DNA of 64,000 nt from the human T2T-CHM13v2.0 reference genome, Homo sapiens, in NCBI RefSeq assembly GCF_009914755.1, contig NC_060928.1; one strand, given 5' to 3'. A program made the position numbers and the translations under genes. Position 1 is the first letter of the stretch; the number at the start of each line of letters is the position of its first letter. Of the stretch, positions 12,345 through 32,386 are shown in pieces. The notes under the pieces are model-generated. The model saw only the letters and a program-made list of their open reading frames with translations, did not search any database and was not told the DNA's origin.

Positions 12345-12453
12345 ATTTGTTTTATATGTTTATGTTTGTCTCCCCTTCACTATTGTTTCTTAGAGTCTAG
12401 CAAACTGAGTGGCACCTGGAAGATACTTATTTGTTGACTGACTGAATGAATGA
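12345..12453 (+). mobile_element. L2 3' end
   Basis: gtctagcaaactgagtggcac...tatttgttgactgactgaatgaatga. Confidence 0.6.
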
Positions 12454-12489
12454 CTTTACTAGTGTAAAGAGTAACACAGTGGACTCCTG

Positions 12490-12860
12490 TGTATCAGTCA
12501 GTATAGGTTAGGTGATGCTATAGTAACAAACTGCAAAGTCTTAGTGGCTTCATACAACAAAAGTTGATTTCTCAATTACATTATATTCCAATGTTGATCA
12601 CTTTGGGGGGCTCTGTTTATTACAGTTACTTAGTCACTCAGAATGAAGGAGTCTTTACCTTGTCAGACGAGTCTACAATTGCCAAGGTGGGAAAGGGGAT
12701 ATTGTGACTTTGTACATTGGTTTTTAAAGGCTTCTTGATGAAAGCAATGTACGACACTTTCATATTTTATTGGCCAAAGTCAATGGCCAGTCTCCAGGTA
12801 ATAGGGAAATGAAATATCACCCTGCTCCCAAATGAAGGAGAACTAGAACATTTAAATAGC
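12490..12860 (-). mobile_element. MLT1-family LTR relic
   Basis: tgtatcagtcag...gctatagtaacaaac...cttagtggcttcatacaacaaaagttgatttctc. Confidence 0.6.
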
Positions 12861-13258
12861 TGTAATGATTAAATATGATCAGTACAAAATTAGAGAAACT
12901 GATTTGCAAATTCTGTTTCTGGTGACATAGTGGGCTAGAAATCTGGTTTGTTCATTCTATTAAAAAGCAATTAAAAATACTGGTTTGAATGTAAAACAAT
13001 TCTGAAATGCTTCCACAAGCACAAAAGAAATCGAGGACATTTACATCAGAGAATGAGTGAAGATGAACCTAGAGATGTGACTGCAATGGAAACTGACTTT
13101 TAAACCTTGGTGCTAAGTGGAGTGGGAGGCTGGGGCAGCAGTTCTGGTATGGAACCCAAAAATCTGCATTAAAAAATACTATCAGGTTTGTGAATAGCAG
13201 CATTCTGTTGCATCCATTTCTCAGTAAGTTTCAGAAATTCAAGAGCTGGAAAAGGTCA

Positions 13259-13595
<337 letters not shown>

Positions 13596-13759
13596 GCTGT
13601 GTTTTGGTTCTAAAATGATTCAATGGAAAGATCTAAGACCAGAATCTAGATTCCTTGTTTTTATCTAGTAATTTAAGAAATACATTTCCTTGGTTTCCAT
13701 AGTGTGGGGCTATTGATAAAGATATTTTAACAAACATCTGTTAATTTTAAAGTATTAAA

Positions 13760-15640
13760 ATATTTTTTATTGCTTTGAGTAGGCACAACATACATACAGC
13801 ACAAAATTCAAATCTATAAATGAATATAATTGAAAATTAGATTATTTTTTCATTCTCTGGTCCTAGTTCCCTTCCCAGAGGCAATCATTGCTACTAGCGT
13901 CTTAAGTTATCCTTCCAGAGATGTTTGAGCATGTGTGTTTGTGTGATTCTTTTTAAAAATCTCACAAATGGTAGCATACTAAGTTCCCTATTTCTTCATT
14001 TATTTAACTCTACTATCTTGAAGAGCATTCCACATTGATACATATAGATTTGCCTTATTCTTGGAAGGTTGCATATGATTCCATTATACAGATGTATCCC
14101 AATTGTTCTAATATTTTGATATTTCAGATAATGCTGCATAAATATCCTTGTGCATATCTTTTTCATATGTGTCAATAGATGTATGAAATAAATTCCTAGA
14201 AGTGGAATTTCTGAGTTAAAGGCATGTACACTTGAAAATTTAATTTTAATAGTGCCAAATCACTCTCAACAGAGCTGGCACCAATTTTTACTTCTACCAG
14301 CAAAGCACGAATGTTTCTTTTTCTCCTTGTTGCAAAAATATTTCTTTTAATTTTGCCTTTTGCCATGTGAAATTTTAAAATTTGTATGTATTTGAATTGA
14401 TCAATTTTTAATAGTTACAATCTTTTGTATAATACTTAGGAAGGTCTTCCCTACCCTGAGTCTATTAAAAAATTATTTCCTATTTCTAATGCTTTATGTT
14501 ATGTTTCTGTTTTTACGTTTAAAACTTTTATGTACTAAAAATTTATTTTGGTATGAAGGATATGACATTAAAATTTTGTATAGATGGCTGTTGTTGTTCC
14601 CAAACCATATACTAACTAATCCATCTTTTCCTCCACTGGTGTGCAAAGCCACCTTTAGTCATAGACTAAATTCCTTAGTATAGTTATGTCTATTGTTAGA
14701 CTTTCTATTCTGTTTCATTCAGCAATTTATCACCCATTCAGTAGTACCACACTATTCTAATTAGTGAAGCTTCAAAATAAAAATAAAAATGATAGGCATA
14801 GTCTTCTCTTTTTATTCATTTTTTTATTTTTTAGAGCTTCCCAGCCTTATGGCTTTTTTTTTCCTTTTAATATGCACTTTAGATACAGCTTGCTATTTTT
14901 CTAACAAAAATTATGTTGATATTTTTATTGGGATTACATTACAGTTATAGCTTTAAAGAGAGAATTGCTGTCTTCATGATGTTGAATCTTTCTAATCATG
15001 AACCTAATATTTTGGTCCTTTTTTTTGTTGTTGCAATTATAAATGGGGGTTTATCTTCCTTTTTATTTTTATTTTTTGAGACAGGTGTCTTGCTCTGTTG
15101 CCCAGGCTGGAGTGCAGTGGCGTGATTGCAGCTTGCTCTAACCTCTGCCTCTTGGGCTTAAGCGATCCTCCCACCTCAATCTCCTGAGAAGCTGGGGCTA
15201 AAGGTGCATGCCACTATGCCCAGTTAATTTTTGTATTATTATTATTATTATTATTTTGGTAGAGACGGGGTTTCGCCATGAACTCCTGGGCTTGAGGGAT
15301 CCGCCTGCCTTGGTCTCCCAAAGTTCTGGGATTACAGGTGTGAGCCACAGTGCCCAGCCTTCCTTTGGATTTTTAAACTGGTTGTTGATTGTATTAATAC
15401 ATATGAAGGCAATTAATGTTTGTATATTAACTTTGTAACCAGTCACATTGCTGAATTCTTTTAATTGCAATTTTTTTCCCTTTAAGTTTAACAACTGATA
15501 GATCATCTACACATTATGAAGTTTATCTCTTCCTTTGCTATTTTTATACCTAATTTCTTTTATTGACCAGTTTCATTGGCTACTATCTTTTCCAGAGCAA
15601 TGTTAGATAATAATGGTGAGAGCGGTCATCTTTGAGCTAA
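13760..15640 (-). mobile_element. Old L1M(E)-type relic interrupted by an AluJ
   Basis: T-rich degenerate L1 motifs: ataaattcctagaagtggaatt, gttagataataatggtgagagcggtcatc. Confidence 0.65.
15060..15359 (-). mobile_element. AluJ with (TTA)n in the linker
   Basis: Reverse Alu; tattattatt run at 15234-15254. Confidence 0.88.
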
Positions 15641-15749
15641 CACATTTAAATTTTTGTAAAGTAATCAAAAAGGCTATAAAATATGCTTCCTTAAAACCAC
15701 CCTGGAGAATATGTTTTTAGAAAGGAAATGAAGTCAAAATGCTTTCTGC

Positions 15750-16070
15750 AAGGGTGCCTCATATGTTTGATTCTTTCAAGTATTCTGTTCAAATGTACCT
15801 TTTCAGTGAGACCTTCCCAGACCACCTATTTAAAAGTGCACAACCCCCACCTCTCCACCTATTCTGGTTGATTTTTCTCTGTAGCATTTATCACCACTTC
15901 ACAAACTATATTTCACATATTTATTTTTATAATGTATGTTTCCCTCCACTGGAATGTAAGCTCTACTAGTGTAAGGAATTTTACCCCCTTTTTGGTACTG
16001 CTGTCTCTCCAGCACCTAGAACAGTACCTGCACATAAAAAAAATGCTGTATAAATACTTGATGGATGGAA
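15750..16070 (+). mobile_element. L2a 3' fragment
   Basis: cagtgagaccttcccagaccacc...ctggaatgtaagctc...cagcacctagaacagtacctg. Confidence 0.8.
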
Positions 16071-16092
16071 TTTCCTAAGAAAATCCAGAAAA

Positions 16093-16341
16093 GGCCGGGT
16101 GCGGTGGCTTACACCTTTAAAATCCCAGCATTTTGAAAGGCTGAGGCGGGTTGACCACTTGAGCTCAGGAGTTCAAGATCAGCCTGGGCAATATGGCGAA
16201 AACCTGTCTCTACAAAAAAATACAAAAATTAATTTGGTGTGATGGTGTGTGCCTGTAGTCCCAGCTACTTGGGAGGCTGAGGTGGAAAGACCACTTGAGC
16301 CCGGGAGAGCCAGATGCTGTCTCAAGAAAAAGAAAAAAAAA
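16093..16341 (+). mobile_element. AluJ with internal deletion in the right arm
   Basis: TSD-like AAAATCCAG(A/G)AAA flanks. Confidence 0.85.
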
Positions 16342-16865
16342 ATCCAGGAAAGGTGCTACTATAAGAGAGATTTGCTTACCTCTAGTTAGATGTCAGTATA
16401 GAATAGGGATTAATTACCTGAAAAACTTGATGGAACTTTAAAAAGTTTAGTGACATCATTTATTTCTGTCACTCTGTTTCTCCATAGTGATAAATAATAA
16501 ATGAGAATCTTCAAATCCCAGTGAGTCTGGGAAGATAAGAATCCAGGTGTTGAGAGCTGTAAAGAGGAGAATAGGCTGAGACTTGAGGCTGCACCAGCAA
16601 GAGTTCCCATATAGCTCCCTGACTGGCATCTATTTTAAAGAAAAATTTTTCATCTGTTTTGCAGAAATGACCATTAAAGTATTTTACTAGAAATATAATT
16701 CACCAGGAGAAATTGAGTTCCACAAAACAAACTTCATTGTTGTTCAAAACAGATGTTCCTTTCTTTGTACTTAACTCACCATTAAAATTAAACACAGCAA
16801 GGTCTTTCAAAAAAGCAGTGAGAAACTTTAAAGGAGTTATGTCTAGGACGTAGCCATGATTATTA

Positions 16866-17020
16866 AGAAAAAGAAAGGAAGGAAAGGAGGGAGGAGGAAG
16901 GAAAGAGGAAAGGAAGAAAGGAGAAAAAGGAGAAGAGAAAGGAAGGAAGAAGGGGAGGAAGGAAGAAGGGAGGGAAAGAGGGAAGGGAGCAAGCAAAAAG
17001 AAAAATGAAGGAAGAAAATA
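16866..17020. repeat. GA-rich polypurine low-complexity tract
   Basis: Nearly pure A/G with GGAA/GAAA units. Confidence 0.9.
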
Positions 17021-17699
17021 AAGGTTATGAGATTTAAACAAAGTAGTTTGTGCAACTGTGTGCAAATTCTGTCGGCAAATTGTCCTGGTGGCCTCAGTGT
17101 GGGAAAATGAGTTGCTCAGCAGGGACTGCTAAAAATACAGCAACCAGGAAGACGAAATGACTTCACGCTGGCACATTTGCCTGGCTAGTGCTTGATCGTT
17201 GTTTGTTCTGACTTCTACTTCTGGTACAGTGTCAGTGCCTCTCCTTAAACTTTGTTCATTAGAGTAAAAGGATTAGCTTGAACCTGGAGGACATATAACA
17301 AGGCTTAATTCAGAAGCCAAAATTGGGGATCTCTAGCTCAGAGACGCTCTTCACATTTGCGCTATTATTAGCACCAGGATTAGGCTGAATTTAGACTAGC
17401 ATTCTTATTGCACCTGATGGGAAAATAGGAGGTTACTGCATTTAGACTGAAGGAAATCACGAATGTCAGCCTACTATTAACAATGTTTTAGATAAAAATC
17501 GCAAGAATCTATGTTAGGATCTTAAAGTGGATTTCAAAGCAGTGTGTTGTTCATCCGGACTAGTCTCTTCCTTCCTTGCTATTGTGATTTCTATTAATGT
17601 ATTTCTTTCTTACCTTCCATTTCATCCCAGATGGACATAAGGGACTGTCTTTTTCAGTGAGGCAAAGGAAATGCAATCCTATTTTTTGTCTCTCATTTC

Positions 17700-18250
17700 A
17701 ATCAGAGAAAAAACAAAAGCCCTTGCCATGCTCTGTAAGGTACTTCGTGATCTCCAGCTTCACTTCTCACCCCCTTCCTTCTTGCTCACTTCACATCAGC
17801 CACACTGGCTTCTGCTGTTCCTTGAACATGCCAAGCCCACTGTTGTCCCAGGAACTTTGCCCTTGCTGTTCACGCTGCCTGGGGTGTTTCCGCCAGCTCT
17901 CTCCATGGCTCACTCCAGCTCTTCCTTCAGGTCTCCGCTCAAATGTCTTGGCTGACTACCCAATCTGAAATAGCAATCACGGCCGGGCGCGGTGGCTCAC
18001 GCCTGTAATCCCAGCATTTTGGGAGGCCGAGGTGGGCAGATCACAAGGTCAGGAGTTCAACATCTGATCAACATGGTGAAACCCCGTCCCCACTAAAAAT
18101 ACAAAAATTAGCCAGGCATGGTGGTGGGCGCCTGTAGTCCCAGCTACTCGGGAGGCTGAGGCAGGAGAATTGCTTGAACCTGGGAGGAGGTTGCAGTGAG
18201 CCAAGATTGCCATTGCACTCCAGCCTGGCGACAGAGCGAGACTCCATCTC

Positions 18251-18297
<47 letters not shown>

Positions 18298-18545
18298 ATA
18301 GCAATCCCGTCAACCTGCCCCTGTTTCCCCTTACCTATCTTACCCTACTTCATGTTTGCTTATTGTTTTTATCACAACCTAACAAATTATATTTTTGTTT
18401 ATTTATTTATTGTCTTTCTTCCTCAGCTACAGTGTAAACTCCACTGAGGACAAAACGAATTCCTCAGTGCTTAGAATGTGTTCTTAGTCCCGAGAATGTT
18501 ATCTGGAAAATGAAGCAGATGCTTGAAGAATATTGTTGAATGAAT
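17700..18545 (+). mobile_element. L2a interrupted by AluS
   Basis: cagccacactggcttctgctgttccttgaacatgcc...tgtaaactccactgagg...ttgttgaatgaat. Confidence 0.8.
17981..18300 (+). mobile_element. AluS with (TAAA)n tail
   Basis: TSD AAATAGCAATC; about 12 TAAA units. Confidence 0.93.
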
Positions 18546-18562
18546 AAAAGAATCTACTTTTG

Positions 18563-18838
<276 letters not shown>

Positions 18839-19001
18839 GTATCAACTTTAATCCTGGGCACTTTAATGTGAAGGTTTGTTTCTTTGGGTTTTCTGCAATG
18901 TGCTTAACTCTTCTGTGGCAGTTGGGAATGTATTTCTCATTTAACATTAAAAGCCATCTATTTTTGCAAAATGTTTTATAAATATGAACTTTAAAAAATA
19001 A

Positions 19002-19289
<288 letters not shown>

Positions 19290-19448
19290 TACATATACAT
19301 ATATATGTGTAAAAACACATATACATATATGTAAAAATACATATACATATACATAATATATAATATATACATAAATATATATATATAAAATAAAATATGT
19401 AAGGAGGTTATGTTTGAAGTTGATTAATTAGTGGTCCTGGATTTTTAG

Positions 19449-19769
<321 letters not shown>

Positions 19770-20504
19770 TAATATTGGTTTCTATCTCGTTCTACCTATC
19801 ACACTCTGTGTTAGGTAGACAAAGATAAAGACCCAAAGTAGATATTTATTCAATTAATCATTATCCAGGCTAATGGACCAGCTACTTGCTATACCCATTT
19901 TGCCTGTGTTTGTTTTTATATTTTCCATGTGTTAGAGACAATCAATATTTTGGCTGAGAAAGTTTGGCTACAGGCTATCTATGATGAAAAAAGTAAATAA
20001 GAAATAATGAGCATTGTAGCAGACGGTTTTGTTTTCTATTCTGCTTAATGATGCCTAAGAATTTGAAAGCAAGATTTGCTATGGATCACCCTATTTCTAT
20101 TTCTCCTCCTACTGCACTCCCCTAGTTCCTTCCAACAAAAATACACTTTTAAGCATTTTCCCATACATTAACAGGCAAAAGAATGTCTATCTAGCAAATA
20201 TACCTAATGGCTAAATATACATTTTTTAGAAAAATCAATGAAAACATATTTATTTAATCAAGTGTGAGTCTCAGGAAAATATATGTACAGATAGGGTAGG
20301 TCTTCTTTTCATCCCATTACTTGCAAAAAATCTTGATAAGATAGGATTCTAGAAACTATTAAAAAATATATTCTGTGTAAAAAAGATAGCAGGAGAAAAG
20401 AATTGGATGCAGGAGTACTATGGTCTCATAAAGGGATTCTGGAGGTTAACCAACACATTGTGGGCCCTCAAAATGCATCAAACCATCTTTGAATGTACAA
20501 TTAG

Positions 20505-20720
20505 CATTCATTCATTCATTCATTCATTATTTATTTATTTGCCAGACATTAGCCAAATGCCCACTAGATGACAGATTTTTTTTTCCATGTAAGAATCCAA
20601 AGTTGAATAACAGAGCCCCACTCTTAAGTAGTACATAGCCTTTTTAGGAAGACACATGTACATCAATTAGTAAGTGTAATGAGTTGCTTAGAAGTCTATG
20701 CAAGGTGTAGGGGGAAGTGG
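20505..20720 (-). mobile_element. L2 3' end with (CATT)n
   Basis: cattcattcattcatt followed by degenerate L2. Confidence 0.55.
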
Positions 20721-21001
20721 TAGAGTTTGTTCTGAGAAGAGAATTATCAATTCAAGCAGGCTGGAGTTTGGGAGGAGCATGGGGCATTAGAATCTTGGAA
20801 AGGCTTAAGTAAAATATCTTGCACAGACTAAGTAAGAGTTAGAATGATTTTAAAAAAATTGATTAGTGCAACAAAAGAAAAAATAAACACATTGAGTATC
20901 AAATTTTAAGATGTTTGTGCTTCAATCTGGGGGCACACTGAGGCCTTCTTCGCTCAGCTCATACTCATTCTAGCTCCCGTAGAACCCCATCTGAGTGCTA
21001 G

Positions 21002-21424
<423 letters not shown>

Positions 21425-21761
21425 TAACATTGAGGTCATGAATAGTTATTCCCTGCTTTGGTGAAATTGTGACATGCCTCTGGGTGCTTCTCTGGCCAGG
21501 CTGTGATCATCATTACCCATGAGACACCTCCTAGGAAGGAGAGAGGGTGTTTGGGGTCTGGTAATGGCCAGGCATTCCTATCGCAAGCCCGAGGCAGGTG
21601 AAACATGGGACACATATACAGCAGTGTGAAGGCATCTGTAGCTGTAGAAGGAACACATCCTTTTGTGCTTTGAATTTTAGGCCTGCTGTTTCATTCAAAA
21701 TCCTAGTCAGAATGATCTCCAAGTATCATCAAACCTTCAAGTACTATGATGACAGGATTCA

Positions 21762-22313
<552 letters not shown>

Positions 22314-22633
22314 TTAATATATTGATCAGCCTCTGGAGGGTGGTGACCTCTCCAGTGGAAGAAGTCTGGCTAATCCCTTAGTTTCTCTGACAGCAGGTCT
22401 GAAAGGATCCTGTTGCCAGGAATCGAAGGCAGTTGTTACCTTGACAGCAGGAGTGCAGCATGCAAGCATCTCTCCTGGTCCCCATGTGATCTGTCACTGC
22501 GACGCTATGTGTTTATACCTGTGCAAGACTCTGGAAGGTAGAGACTGCCCACGAGTGTCCCATATGCCCTCTCCTGGAGTCAGGGCTGGGTCTACTGGGG
22601 TCAGCGTGCACTCTCTCTTTGCTGTTCTCCTAG

Positions 22634-22715
22634 ATGTCAACTGATGGGACCCCTTAAGCCAGAGGCAGATCTCTCAGGGAAGAAGCCATGATTCCTGATA
22701 TGGGCAAAGTGCTGG
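22634..22715 (+). other. Candidate non-coding exon (82 nt)
   Basis: ctctctctttgctgttctcctag| acceptor, TGG|GTAAGT donor; stops in all three frames. Confidence 0.45.
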
Positions 22716-24929
22716 GTAAGTAAGAGTGCCTGCGCTTTCAATAAACCAATTGGCTAAAATTCTTCTCAACATAGGGCACATGTAAAAGGATGAGTGTTTT
22801 CCCTTCCAAGTGGCCATAAATGTTGCTGGACAATTTTCAGCATCACATCAGAATGGTCTCAGGTGTTTTCCCCATCCCTGCCTTTCTCACTTTGATTATT
22901 TTTGTCTTTCTTCATATATTCAAATACTTTGTAAACTAAGGATTGCTTGTGCTAATGGGCTCGTTAGTGTTCTGGGGTGAGTTGTGAGCACTTTTAGACT
23001 TGAGGCTAACTCTGGTGACTGTTACTGCCCAGCTCCTCCTCATTTCACCTGGGTTTGTAAGCCCACTAGTCCCTGCTTTAGGTATGCTGTAACCTCATCT
23101 TTTATAGTTTCATTCTGTAGACTAAAATTCTAGCTATTACATAGAGTTCCATTTAAAACAGGCTCAGGTATTCCTGTTTATGATTGTTGGTAAATGAAGA
23201 TATTCTTATCACAAAATACATAAGTGGAAATATTTAATCAGCTGCAGTTTCTTCCTCCACATATCCCCCTGCTTCCTTCCTTTACTAAAACTCCTCTTGG
23301 ATTCTGTATCTCAGAGGGAGGCAAAACCATCAGGAAGAAAAATCTAATTCAAACTTGTGTTTTATTTTATTATATATTTTTCCTCTGAAGCACAAAGTGT
23401 TTCATAAACATGCCATTTTTTCACAGCAGCAAGTTACTGTGACTTGAACATCTCTGCCTTTCCCACCCTGAGAGTACAAAAGCATTCACATCTTAATGGC
23501 TCTGCATCTTAGCTACCCATTATGGTTCTTTGTGGAAGTTCCTTTCCTCTGTATATTTGTGGAAATTCCCCCACAAATTGTTTTTCATTTATTCATGCAG
23601 AGCCTGGGCTTAGAGCTCACCACTGAGATTCCCAAACTGGGTTGCCACAGATGCCAAAACTGGAACTCTGCTGTTGCTAATGCAGCCAGCTGCAGATCCC
23701 AATGAAAACTGTGATGCTGTCACACTGGTCTCACTGCAGCTGTGCTGGTGCTGGTACTCCACACCCCCACCATGGCTGCTTTGGAGTAGCTCTTATCTCA
23801 GGTACCTCAGCCAGTGATGCTTTTGCAAAGTGAGAAAAAGGATGTTTCCTTGCTCTACGTTACAGTGATAACAAAGGGTTCTAGAACAGGGTTGGTTAGC
23901 CCTAAAGCACAATGAGTTAGATCCCAGAGTGCTTTATTCTGAATTGAGCTGCACTGGTCTTGCTGCAGCCAGAACTACCATTTGGAACTGATCTAGTTGG
24001 AACTCTGATGTTGCATCTGTCTTCGAACCCGGGAATCTAGGACTTTGCTACCACCGGCTCCTTCTCATTTGGGATTCCTGCTAATATCTTGGCCAATTCT
24101 GTTTTTGAAAATAAAAATAGAATGTTTGTTTCTTTGCTTTTGGGAGTGGTGGGAAGGCTTGTGCCCCAAAGTTTCAGGTTGTGAGACAGCTGTTAATTCA
24201 TACACACAGGGCTCAAACATATGGCTGGAATGCCTGGGTCCCCAGTGTCTGTGCTATTAGCTGCTAAATTCACTGCCTTTCAACCCTTAGGTTCTTTTGC
24301 TAAATGTACTATCCAAATACCTTGCTCCCTTTGGTAAATTTTCTGTTGTCTCTCTTTATATCTTACTTATTTTGCTTCCTCCACTTAATTAGTTGTATAT
24401 ATGTTAAACCTATTTTGGGTCAAGATTTAATTATTTTCCCAGGAGCGTCTGTAGTATCTAGCAATTCAGTTTATTCCGATAGATTCTGTACTATAGGGAT
24501 GAAGGGGATGAGTTCTCTTATTCTGCTTAACTTGGATGTATCTGAGTCTCAGCTCCAACCTAGCCGAAGCACTCTGCATTTGCAGCCAGTTATATAGTTC
24601 AAGTTTCAAACACGTTATTTGCAAATAACTGTCCCCCCCACCACTATAGAACACTCTATCCTCTCACCATCTTCCTTGTCTTCCTACTCTCAACTTAACC
24701 ATTACTTTGACATCTTCCCCCTCCCTTGCCTGCCTGCTAGAACAGCCACCAAATTGCTGCATGTTCTTGGTGTTTATCATTGGTTGGTGCAGGGAACTCT
24801 TCCATCAGTGTCTTTCCAATGGTCTTCTCTTTCCTCAGGAGAAGAGTATCTATTTATCTATATAAAACAATCAGAAAATTATGTTGAGAGAAACTATTTC
24901 AAACATTGGGGAAACAATAGAGATTAATA

Positions 24930-25690
<761 letters not shown>

Positions 25691-25974
25691 TGGGGCCAAT
25701 AGCTACTTTAAATTCCCTTTTTTCCTACTCTTCCAACTCTTGCCTTATTACCTCTGAAAAATTTCATTACTCCTTCCTGATTCTGATTATTAAGGTAAAA
25801 CAGAAGCTGTCTTACCTTATTTGTCTCCAATGTTGAATGAAATAAACTGATACCTGAAGTGACAGACAGGGCAGCTAAAGGACAAGAACAGACTCCAAAG
25901 TTATGAGCCCTGAAACGATGACCTGAAGATGCTCTAAGGGTTGATATGAGGTTGGTGGAGATGCTGTGCCTGGG

Positions 25975-26200
25975 ACAGCAAGAGCATGGGGCTCTGGGGT
26001 AAGACAATCCATGCTTGAATTCCAGCTTCACTCCGTTCTAGTTGCTTGAATTTTTCTCTAAACATTTTAATCCCCGCCCCCCGCCCCCACCAGTCTCAAA
26101 GTCCTAATGGATAGTTTATGGAGTTGTTTTGAGGGTTAAATGAAATAATTCATATAGAACTTGTAGTGCATTGCCTGGCACATGGTAAGCATTCTGCTCA
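25975..26200 (+). mobile_element. MIR
   Basis: gagggttaaatgaaataat...tgcctggcacatggtaagc. Confidence 0.7.
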
Positions 26201-26295
26201 TCTTTGTTATGGTTATTCGCTTAGCTGAATGCAGACACTTCTATTTTGGTAGTGGGATCTATGTAAGATCTACTTCTGCCTCTTGGCTGGAGCTG

Positions 26296-26343
26296 TCTCT
26301 CTCTCTCTCTCTCTCTGTCTCTGTGTGTGTGCATTTATGTGTG
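26296..26343. repeat. (CT)n(GT)n microsatellite
   Basis: Read directly. Confidence 0.9.
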
Positions 26344-26916
26344 TTCAAAAAGGGATGAGGAGGGACTAGCTACAAAGCTCTTATAACCATGAGCTTATAT
26401 GGAAGACCATCTCACTCCTGCTTCAAAGGCAAGATGGACTTTTTGATGTGTTGAGGATTCGATATTAATTCAAGGGAATTGTTCAATATCTTAACATCTT
26501 CTAAGAGCATTATTAATAATCGGATGTAAAGATCGCCTTGAAGTATAGTCTATAATAATAACTTGAATTATTTCACTACATTAAACACAATTTTAAATGG
26601 TCTTTTCATATGTATGTTTCAACTTATCTGCAACCTCCACGAACCTATTCAACTCCCATTTAAACCCACACCAAATGACAGTTTTTTAAATTGTATTTTA
26701 TTTTCTTTTTTATTATACTTTAAGTTTTAGGGTACATGGGCACAATGTGCAGGTTAGTTACATATGTATACATGTGCCATGTTGGTGTGCTGCACCCATT
26801 AACTCGTCATTTAACATTAGGTATATCTCCTAATGCTATCCCTCCCCTCTGCCCCCACTGCACAACAGGCCCCGGTGTGTGATGTTCCCCTTCCTGTGTC
26901 CATGTGTTCTCATTGT

Positions 26917-30740
<3,824 letters not shown>

Positions 30741-30803
30741 CATGATGTTAGCTGGTTATTTTGCTCGTTAGTTGATGCAGTTTCTTCCTAGCCTTAATGG
30801 TCT

Positions 30804-31812
30804 TTACAATTTGGCATGTTTTTGCAGTGGCTGGTACCAGTTGTTCCTTTCCATGTTTAGTGCTTCCTTCAGGAGCTCTTTTTGGGCAGACTTGGTGGTG
30901 ACAAAATCTCTCAGTATTTGCTTGTCTGTAAAGGATTTTATTTCTCCTTCACTTATGAAGCTTAGTTTGGCTGGATATGAAATTCTGGGGTGAAAATTCT
31001 TTTCTTTAAGAATGTTGAATATTGGCCCCCACTCTCTTCTGGCTTGTGAAGTTTCTGCCGAGAGATCAGCTGTTAGTCTGATGGGCTTTCCTTTGTGGGT
31101 AACCCGACCTTTCTCTCTGGCTGCCCTTAACATTTTTTCCTTCATTTCAACTTTGGTGAATCTGACAATTATGTGGCTTGGAGTTGCTCTTCTTGAGGAG
31201 TATCTTTGTGGCATTCTTTGTATTTCCTGAATTTGAATGTTGACCTGCCTTGCTAGATTGGGGAAGTTCTCATAGACAATATCCTGCAGAATGTTTTCCA
31301 ACTTGGTTCCATTCTGTCTGTCACTTTCGGTACACCAGTCAGAGGTAGATTTGGTCTTTTCACATAGTCCCATATTTCTTGGAGGCTTTCTTCATTTCCT
31401 TTTATTCTTTTTTCTCTAAACTTCTCACTTCATTTCATTCATTTGATCTTGCATCACTGATACCCTTTCTTCCAGGTGATCGATCGGCTACTGAGGGTTG
31501 TGCATTCGTCACGTAGTTTTGTGCCATGGTTTTCAGCTCCATCAGGTCCTTTAAAGACTTCTCTGCATTGGTTATTCTAGTTGGCCATTTGTCTAATTTT
31601 TTTTCAAGGTTTTTAACTTCTTTGCCATGGGTTCGAACTTCCTCCTTTAGCTTGGTGTAGTTTGATTGTCTGAAGCCTTCTTCTCTCAACTCGTCAAAGT
31701 CATTGTCTGTCCAGCTTTGTTCCATTGCTGGTGAGGAGCTGTGTTCCTTTGGAGGAGGAGAGGCGCTCTGATTTTTAGAGTTTCCAGTTTTTCTGCTCTG
31801 TTTTTTCCCCAT
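30804..31812 (-). pseudogene. Disrupted L1 ORF1
   Basis: MGKKQSRK...QPLQKHAKL split by frameshifts. Confidence 0.92.
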
Positions 31813-32386
31813 CTTTGTGGTTTTATCTACCTTTGGTCTTTGATGATGGTGACGTACAGATGGTGTTTTGGCGTGGATGTCCTTTCTGTTTGTTAGTTTT
31901 CCTTCTAACAGTCAGGACCCTCAGGTGCAGGTCTTTTGGAGTTTGCTGGAGGTCCAATACAGACCCTGTTTGCCTAGGTATCTGCAGCGGAGGCTGCAGA
32001 ACAGTGGATATTGGTGAAGAGCAAATGTTGCTGCCTGATCGTTCGTCTGGAAATTTTGTCTCAGAGGAGTACCCGGCCATGTGAGGTGTCAGTCTGCCCC
32101 TACTGGGGGGTGCTCCCAATTAGGCTACTCAGGGGTCAGGAACCCACTTGAGGAGGCAGTTTGTCCGTTCTCAGATCTCAAACTCCGTGCTGAGAGAACC
32201 ACTACTCTCTTCAAAGCTGTCAGACAGGGACATTTAAGTCCGCAGAGGTTTCTACTGCCTTTTGTTCGGCTATGCCCTGCCCCCAGAGGTGGAGTCTACA
32301 GAGGCAGGCAGGCCTCCTGGAGCTGTGGTGGGCTCCACCCAGTTCGAGCTTCCTCACCAGTTTGTTTACCTACTCAAGCCTTAGCA

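Noticed and set aside
16700-17065. F/L/S/P-rich ORFs resembling membrane proteins
   Set aside because: Translation of the polypyrimidine strand of a low-complexity tract
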